From positions 1 to 43,174 of the forward strand of contig JACPNF010000077.1 of assembly GCA_016185635.1 (NCBI GenBank): a stretch of 43,174 nt of DNA. Direction: 5' to 3'. Shown in pieces: positions 43,014 to 43,174 of the stretch. The stretch comes from Candidatus Woesearchaeota archaeon (GTDB lineage Archaea > Nanobdellota > Nanobdellia > SCGC-AAA011-G17 > JACPIM01). Within the stretch, counting starts at the first letter, position 1; the number at the start of each line of letters is the position of its first letter. A program made the translations under genes and the position numbers. The notes below the pieces were generated by a model. The model saw nothing but the letters and a program-made list of their open reading frames with translations, ran no database searches and was not told the origin of the DNA.

Positions 43014-43041
43014 TTGTCCAGTGGGTTTTGTCCAGTGGGTT
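43014..43041. repeat. perfect tandem 14-bp repeat (TTGTCCAGTGGGTT x2)
   Basis: Read directly. It is immediately followed by TTTATAAA (43041-43048) and the palindrome CGGAAA-G-TTTCCG (43053-43065). Confidence 0.8.
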
Positions 43042-43174
43042 TTATAAAGGGACGGAAAGTTTCCGGAAAAGTCTATTTTTTTCAAAGAATTAATATATTC
43101 TATTCCCCAATATTACAATATGGAAATGCGATGGAGATATAACCAAGGATCAAGAAAGAATATTTTTGAAGAAT

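Noticed and set aside
43120-43174. Possible plus-strand gene start (ATG 43120, MEMRWRYNQGSRKNIFEE...) at the window edge
   Set aside because: Only 18 codons are visible, which is too little to support a call. A TAATATATT box about 25 nt upstream is merely compatible.

Overview
Strongly AT-rich archaeal chromosome segment. The eL/eS-type ribosomal proteins, aIF1/SUI1, RNase P Rpp29, prefoldin, a single-chain PriS-PriL primase and an intron-bearing tRNA suggest a small-genome, DPANN-like archaeon; that lineage call is inference only. The core is a minus-strand ribosomal superoperon running from 29836 down to 11666: rpl3-rpl4-rpl23-rpl2-[unknown]-rps19-rpl22-[unknown]-rps3-rpl29-SUI1-rnp1-rps17-rpl14-[unknown]-rpl24-rps4e-rpl5-rps14-rps8-rpl6-rpl32e-rpl19e-rpl18-rps5-rpl30-rpl15-secY-DUF106-[unknown]-L34e/L14e fusion-pfdA. 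The flanks carry a RelB/RelE-like pair bracketed by two paralogous unknown genes, a twice-frameshifted NUDIX gene, an aminotransferase, a trypsin-like lipoprotein/HExxH/Cys-rich operon, and a glycan cluster (GT2, sugar dehydratase) interrupted by a Bro-N gene. They also carry an MNT/HepT pair, a DEAD-box helicase, a membrane pyrophosphatase, a free-standing LAGLIDADG-like gene and two tRNAs, one with two apparent introns. Four observations stand out. (1) A palindrome-cored repeat family occurs at 9 or more loci, always in one orientation; it sits at gene ends and is translated as C-terminal tails of several ribosomal proteins, and one copy is flanked by a 16-bp target duplication. (2) Two clearly paralogous proteins of unknown function (plus two further unknown ORFs) are wedged, translationally coupled, into the otherwise invariant ribosomal gene order. 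(3) There is an L34e-L14e fusion. (4) A hairpin-dense, ORF-free 0.7-kb region lies at 10948-11665. All functional calls come from reading the translated ORFs by eye; no database search was possible.
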